From an uncultured Collinsella sp. (GTDB lineage Bacteria > Actinomycetota > Coriobacteriia > Coriobacteriales > Coriobacteriaceae), in NCBI GenBank assembly GCA_900552875.1, contig USCS01000001.1, forward strand, positions 1-32,420: DNA of 32,420 bases, read 5' to 3'. Under the pieces are notes generated by a model, which was not told the DNA's origin, ran no database searches, and was given only the letters and a program-made list of their open reading frames with translations. Each line of letters starts with the position of its first letter. Position 1 is the first letter of the stretch. The position numbers and the translations under genes were made by a program. This document shows, piece after piece, positions 28,210 through 32,420 of this stretch.

Positions 28210-28974
28210 TTAAGACTCCCTGCTAGTCGCTTTGAGATATCCCTCGTCGTCCACGGGCTCCAGCCACTCGTTGGAGGTCTCCTCGCCCGGAACCTCAAGC
28301 GCGAGATGGGAGAACCAGCTGTCGGGCGCGGCTCCGTGCCAATGCTTCACCCCCGGGGCGATGTTGACCACGTCGCCGGGGCGCAGCTCCTGTGCCGGCT
28401 TTCCCCATTCCTGGTAAAACCCTCGGCCAGCCACGCAGAAGAGGATCTGCCCGCCACCGCTTTTGGCGTGATGGGTGTGCCAGTTGTTGCGGCAGCCGGG
28501 CTCGAACGTCACGTTGTAGACGCCAACTTGCTCGGTGGAAAGGGGCGCGAGGTAGCTTTGACCGATAAAGAACTTCGCGAAGGCGTCGTTGGGGGCACCG
28601 ATGGGGAAAGCCATCTCGTTTTGGTGCTGAGCCTTTGCGTCGGCGGCATCGTCGTCCGCCCAGACCTCCTTCGCCATGCGGAAGGCAGCCCACGCCTTGG
28701 GCCAACCCGCGTAAAACGCTGCATGCGTAAGGATCTCCGCTATCTCCGCCTTGGTCACGCCGTTGTTCTTTGCGGACGTCAGGTGATATTTGAACGAAGA
28801 GTCCGTCAGCCCCTGCGACATCAGGGCAACCACCGTCACCACGCAGCGGTCGCGCAAGGAGAGCTCGCCCTCCCGGCTCCATACCTCGCCGAACAGCACG
28901 TCGTCGTTGAGCTGTGCGAATTTAGGAGCGAACTCCCCCAGGGCATCTCTGCCCGCCGTCTGCTTAATTGCCAT
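28210..28974 (-). CDS. Carboxymuconolactone decarboxylase family protein fused to a cupin domain
   Basis: DDVLFGEVWSR...THAAFYAGWP (CMD) followed by FEPGCRNNWHTH...GGQIL...KHWHGA (cupin); RBS AGGAGG. Confidence 0.92.
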   Translation of the reverse strand: MAIKQTAGRDALGEFAPKFAQLNDDVLFGEVWSREGELSLRDRCVVTVVALMSQGLTDSSFKYHLTSAKNNGVTKAEIAEILTHAAFYAGWPKAWAAFRMAKEVWADDDAADAKAQHQNEMAFPIGAPNDAFAKFFIGQSYLAPLSTEQVGVYNVTFEPGCRNNWHTHHAKSGGGQILFCVAGRGFYQEWGKPAQELRPGDVVNIAPGVKHWHGAAPDSWFSHLALEVPGEETSNEWLEPVDDEGYLKATSRES

Positions 28975-29038
28975 AATTTACTTCCTCCTGTCGATGGTAT
29001 TAGGCACAAATCTGCTTCCGCGCTGCCAAGCAGCCCGG

Positions 29039-29578
29039 CTAGATTCCCATGCCCATTCGTCGCGCCTGCTCCAGAGCGGGATGCCCGGCGATTTCGCCCA
29101 CGCCGTTCACGCCGCCGGCGAAAACCGTTCCAGCGAGCGTGCAGCGGGAGAAACAGTCAACCCATCCCTGCATCGCCTTTTTCGCCCCGTCGAAGGTCGA
29201 GCGCCCGCTCTCCGCCGCCGTCGCCAACAGATATGCCTCGGTGAATGCATAATCGGAGCCAAAAAGCGGGTTAGCGCGGGCGAGCATGGTTTTGAGCTGG
29301 CCACAGACGCTGTAGTAGTAAACGGGCGTTGCGAACACCAGGACATCAGCGTCGAGCATCTTGGCGGCAATTTCCACGGCATCGTCTTGGATGACGCAGC
29401 GCCCCAGCTTTAGGCAGGCAAGGCACCCCTTGCAGAAGCCGAGCTGCTTCTCGCGCAGGTGTATGGTCTCCACGCTGTGACCCGCTTCCCGTGCGCCTTT
29501 GGCGAAAGCATCCACCAACGTCTCGGAATTGCCATTCTTTCGAGGGCTTGAAGAGACTATCAAAACCGTTTTGCTCAT
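29039..29578 (-). CDS. Flavodoxin family / iron-sulfur flavoprotein
   Basis: SSPRKNGNS; CKGCLAC...C; ATPVYYY. Confidence 0.9.
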   Translation of the reverse strand: MSKTVLIVSSSPRKNGNSETLVDAFAKGAREAGHSVETIHLREKQLGFCKGCLACLKLGRCVIQDDAVEIAAKMLDADVLVFATPVYYYSVCGQLKTMLARANPLFGSDYAFTEAYLLATAAESGRSTFDGAKKAMQGWVDCFSRCTLAGTVFAGGVNGVGEIAGHPALEQARRMGMGI

Positions 29579-29621
29579 TACGGAATACCCCTTGCACTCC
29601 TTATATATATTGACGAAAATA

Positions 29622-29652
29622 AAGGTAATATCTAAACCTAACTTTAGGTCAA
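29622..29652 (-). promoter_or_regulatory. MerR-type promoter/operator for the flavodoxin-CMD operon
   Basis: Minus strand TTGACC-19 nt-TACCTT with dyad ACCTAA-N2-TTAGGT (29636-29649); the 19-bp spacer is the MerR-family hallmark; divergent merR gene adjacent. Confidence 0.75.
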
Positions 29653-29683
29653 GGAGTAAATTCGAAATTCGTCCGGAGGGACC

Positions 29684-30124
29684 ATGTACACAATCGGACA
29701 GGTAGCGGAGATGTTCGGTCTGCCCGTTTCCACACTGCGGTATTACGACAAACAGGGATTGTTTCCGGAATTGGAGCGGACGTCCGGCATTCGCCGATTC
29801 GGCGATACGGAACTCGAGGCGCTTCGGGTCATCGAATGCCTAAAGAAGGCGGGGATGGAGATCAAGGACATCCGGCTGTTCATGGAATGGTGTGCGGAAG
29901 GCCCATCTACATACCCCCAGCGCAAGGCCATGTTCGAGGACCGGAAGGCCCACATGGAGTCGGAGATCGCGAAGATGAACCGTGCGCTGGACATGCTGAA
30001 GTTCAAATGCTGGTACTACGAACAGGCGATGCAAGATGGCGGCGAGGACAGGCTTAAGGCACTGATTCCCGATGGCTTGCCAGAAGAAATCAAAGAGGCC
30101 TACGAGAACGCGCACGCTCGATAG
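29684..30124 (+). CDS. MerR-family transcriptional regulator (AdhR-like)
   Basis: MYTIGQVAEMFGLPVSTLRYYDKQGL; IECLKKAGMEIKDI; RBS GGAGG. Confidence 0.92.
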   Translation: MYTIGQVAEMFGLPVSTLRYYDKQGLFPELERTSGIRRFGDTELEALRVIECLKKAGMEIKDIRLFMEWCAEGPSTYPQRKAMFEDRKAHMESEIAKMNRALDMLKFKCWYYEQAMQDGGEDRLKALIPDGLPEEIKEAYENAHAR

Positions 30125-30179
30125 TGGCGCCCGATGCTCAAGGGGCTTCGGCGAGGAGTCCTGTTCGGGGTAGGAGTGC

Positions 30180-30215
30180 AAAAAGAAAGCCTCCGAACCA
30201 GAGGGTCCAGAGGCT
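30180..30215 (-). terminator. Terminator-like hairpin with minus-strand U tract
   Basis: Minus strand AGCCTCTGGACC...GGTTCGGAGGCT followed by TTCTTTTT. Confidence 0.5.
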
Positions 30216-30837
30216 GTTATTCCCGTTATTTCGCTGGTGGCTTTGCTCTGTGGCGACGCCGAAACAGCATCAGGCGGTACTACGGTATCAAAACGAGAGT
30301 TCAGAAGCAAGTTCCCGTTAATCCCGCTCAGTGACTAATCCAGTCCGAGTGTTGTCGATGCGTGTCGCATCGTGCCGCCCAAGGGCTGTTTCGTGCACAA
30401 TTTGGGCGAATCAGGCCCTTGATTCGCGATTTAGGGAATGACTCAATTGATTCGCAAAACCGCAGGTCGCTCCTTTAATCACTCCCTGGTTTCCGCCGTG
30501 GTTCGTAGCGGGTGGTGTGAAAAGGGGTGATTCAAAGGGTCGGAGAGATGTCTATAGCGCAATCGTCTGGTATTGGCGCGGTGAGGGACTTCTCGCCTCC
30601 ATCAGTCCAAATCGTCAAGCTCCGAAAGACGTCGAACTAGAGAAAAGGACCTATTTCCCGTCATGGATTGGGTTTACCTGCATGACTAGAGCCCTGGTGT
30701 AATTGGCTGGATCACCGTTCCGGGAACCGGTATCGACCTACCTGTCCGCCAAGCTCCTTCTTCAGCTCCAGCCTAGTATCTGACTCGCGCCGCTATAAGC
30801 GAAAACCGAAGAGATGCGTCTTAGCCAAGAAAAGAAG

Positions 30838-30889
30838 GTTAGCCTCATCTTACTGCATGATTCGTGTGTTATAGTTAGATGGCTCTAAC
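30838..30889 (+). promoter_or_regulatory. Two GTTAG-N6-CTWAC palindromic boxes at the methyltransferase promoter
   Basis: GTTAGcctcatCTTAC (30838-30853) and GTTAGatggctCTAAC (30874-30889); the second overlaps an extended -10 TGtTATAGT. Confidence 0.55.
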
Positions 30890-30907
30890 TGTTTGGGGGC
30901 GACAGCC

Positions 30908-31537
30908 ATGCATGAACGCAAGGGTTTCTGGGACAAGAATGCCAGTCGGTACGACCGTTTCATGCGAAACGACCGGGCGGCGTATGAGAAGATGTATGGG
31001 CTGATCCGGCCGGTAGTGAAAGCAAAAACCGTGCTGGAGGTTGCCACCGGCACGGGGCTTATCGCAAAGAGCATCGTAAATGCGGCGGCGCACATCGAGG
31101 CTACGGACGCCTCTGCAAAGATGATCCTTGAAGCAAAGCGGGACAATCAATCCGCAAAGCTGCACTTTTCCGTACAAGATATGTTCCGCCTGCCCTATGC
31201 ACAGAAGTCCTTCGAAGTGGTGATCGTGTCCAACGCGCTTCACATAGTGCCGCATCCGGAAAAGGCCCTGCAAGAAATCAGGCGGGTGCTGAAGGACGAC
31301 GGCGTGCTCATCGCTCCAACCTTCACCCACGCGGGGAACTCGGTTTCCGGCAAGGCAAAAGCCTTTTTCATGAGTATGGCGGGATTCCCCCTCCACAGCA
31401 GGTGGACAAGCGAGGAATACCTACGTTTTCTGCGTCAAAACGGCTGGGCGGTGCAGAAAAGCGCGGTGTTGAAGGCCTCGTTCCCGTTGACCTATGCGGA
31501 ATGCACGAAATCGGAGGGGCCAGATGTCGTTCTTTGA
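30908..31537 (+). CDS. Class I SAM-dependent methyltransferase
   Basis: VLEVATGTG motif I; LPY...FEVV; EIRRVLKDDG; likely start MHERKGFWD. Confidence 0.9.
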   Translation: MHERKGFWDKNASRYDRFMRNDRAAYEKMYGLIRPVVKAKTVLEVATGTGLIAKSIVNAAAHIEATDASAKMILEAKRDNQSAKLHFSVQDMFRLPYAQKSFEVVIVSNALHIVPHPEKALQEIRRVLKDDGVLIAPTFTHAGNSVSGKAKAFFMSMAGFPLHSRWTSEEYLRFLRQNGWAVQKSAVLKASFPLTYAECTKSEGPDVVL

Positions 31538-32129
31538 AAACACCCGCAAGCCCGTGGGCCTCGGCGGAAAACTTATGGTTGCCATGATGAATCTGGGCCA
31601 CAGCCCTGTGGCGCGGTGGGGACTTCGATTTCTACGACTTGCGCCAAACGCCAAGGTGCTAGATTGCGGCTGCGGCGGCGGGGCAAACATAAAACGGCTG
31701 CTGAAAAAATACCCGTATGGCGTCGTCAAGGGCATCGACTATTCGCCCGTCAGCGTGGAGAAGGCTAGAAAGCTCAACCGAACTGCAATTCAGGAGGGGC
31801 GTTGCGCCGTTCTGCAAGGCAGTGTGGCGGATATGGCGTTTGAGGATAGCTACTTCGATGCTGCCACGGCCTTTGAAACCGTCTATTTTTGGCCTGATTT
31901 GCCCCGATGCTTCTGTGAGGTCTGGCGGACGCTGAAGCCAGGCGGGACAATTCTTATCTGCAACGAGAGCAATGGCGATACGGACAAGGACGAGAGGTGG
32001 ACGCAGATCATCGGCGGCATGACCATCTACAAGGACATTGAATTAAAGGCGTGTCTGGAGCAGGCAGGCTTTCACGAGGTGCAGATACGCAAAAAGGGAA
32101 AGTGGCTCTGCGTCACGGCGCGGAAGTAA
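31524..32129 (+). CDS. Class I SAM-dependent methyltransferase
   Basis: VLDCGCGGG; GIDYS; FETVYFWP; RTLKPGG; ATG 31524 after GGAGG. Confidence 0.9.
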   Translation: MSFFENTRKPVGLGGKLMVAMMNLGHSPVARWGLRFLRLAPNAKVLDCGCGGGANIKRLLKKYPYGVVKGIDYSPVSVEKARKLNRTAIQEGRCAVLQGSVADMAFEDSYFDAATAFETVYFWPDLPRCFCEVWRTLKPGGTILICNESNGDTDKDERWTQIIGGMTIYKDIELKACLEQAGFHEVQIRKKGKWLCVTARK

Positions 32130-32244
32130 GGACATCAAGCACGGGCATTTTTGCATCCATCCTGCACATGGCGATAGACATGACGGCCATAGCGGCTGTG
32201 CTGGCGGCAATTATGACAGTTTTTATTCGCTGAGGAAGGAACCT

Positions 32245-32420
32245 ATGAAATGTAAAATTGAGAAAAACACCGTGCAGGAGACGCTGATTCTCCCACTGTA
32301 TTCTCGAAAGCTGTGTACGGAGCTGTACCCGAACCTTTACAGGGATGAAACAGCGGTTCGTCTGCTCGACCAGATCGACTACGACTTTTCAGAGGCAGAG
32401 AAAAACTCCCGCAGCCTGAT
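32245..32420 (+). CDS. TcmP/leucine-carboxyl-methyltransferase-like SAM methyltransferase (5' part; runs off window)
   Basis: Manual translation MKCKIEKNTVQETLILPLYSRK...YRDETAVRLLDQIDYDFS; the VQETLxxPLYxR...IDYDF N-terminus is typical of this family; RBS GAGGAAGGA. Confidence 0.75.
   Translation, partial: MKCKIEKNTVQETLILPLYSRKLCTELYPNLYRDETAVRLLDQIDYDFSEAEKNSRSL

Noticed and set aside
27703..29244. 513-aa plus-strand ORF
   Set aside because: Antisense to the CMD-cupin and flavodoxin genes; no motifs.
27560..32420. A defined mobile element (ICE, prophage or IS)
   Set aside because: Accessory-looking genes and remnants, but no integrase, transposase, terminal repeats or att site visible in the window.

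Overview
GC-rich bacterial chromosomal window. Gene content and style suggest a gut Coriobacteriia such as Collinsella; this is inference, not shown. Left to right: the 5' part of a tRNA-dihydrouridine synthase gene. Then a minus-strand magnesium locus made of a divergent MgtA-like P-type ATPase, a receiver-less OmpR-type winged-helix regulator, a possible leader ORF, canonical mgtA and an unannotated 51-aa membrane protein. Next come a membrane protein, a fused MacB-like ABC transporter, and a redox module (CXXC peptide, 4Fe-4S membrane protein, TlpA-like lipoprotein) with a divergent two-component system. These are followed by a LuxR-type regulator with a surface-protein remnant, a lipoprotein, an AAA/DUF4143 ATPase, an atypical type IIA topoisomerase pair, an AAA-wHTH ATPase behind a 19-bp tandem repeat, a flavodoxin and an LPXTG protein. 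The window ends with a MerR/flavodoxin/CMD-cupin cluster and three SAM methyltransferases. Three copies of a ~33-bp REP-like palindrome lie between genes. The most interesting candidate is the Mg locus: both ATPase promoters carry the same 11-bp-period GCAAG direct repeat exactly 30 nt upstream of a -10-like hexamer. This points to a kinase-free, riboswitch-free Mg2+ regulatory circuit. No rRNA, tRNA, CRISPR array, integrase or transposase was seen.
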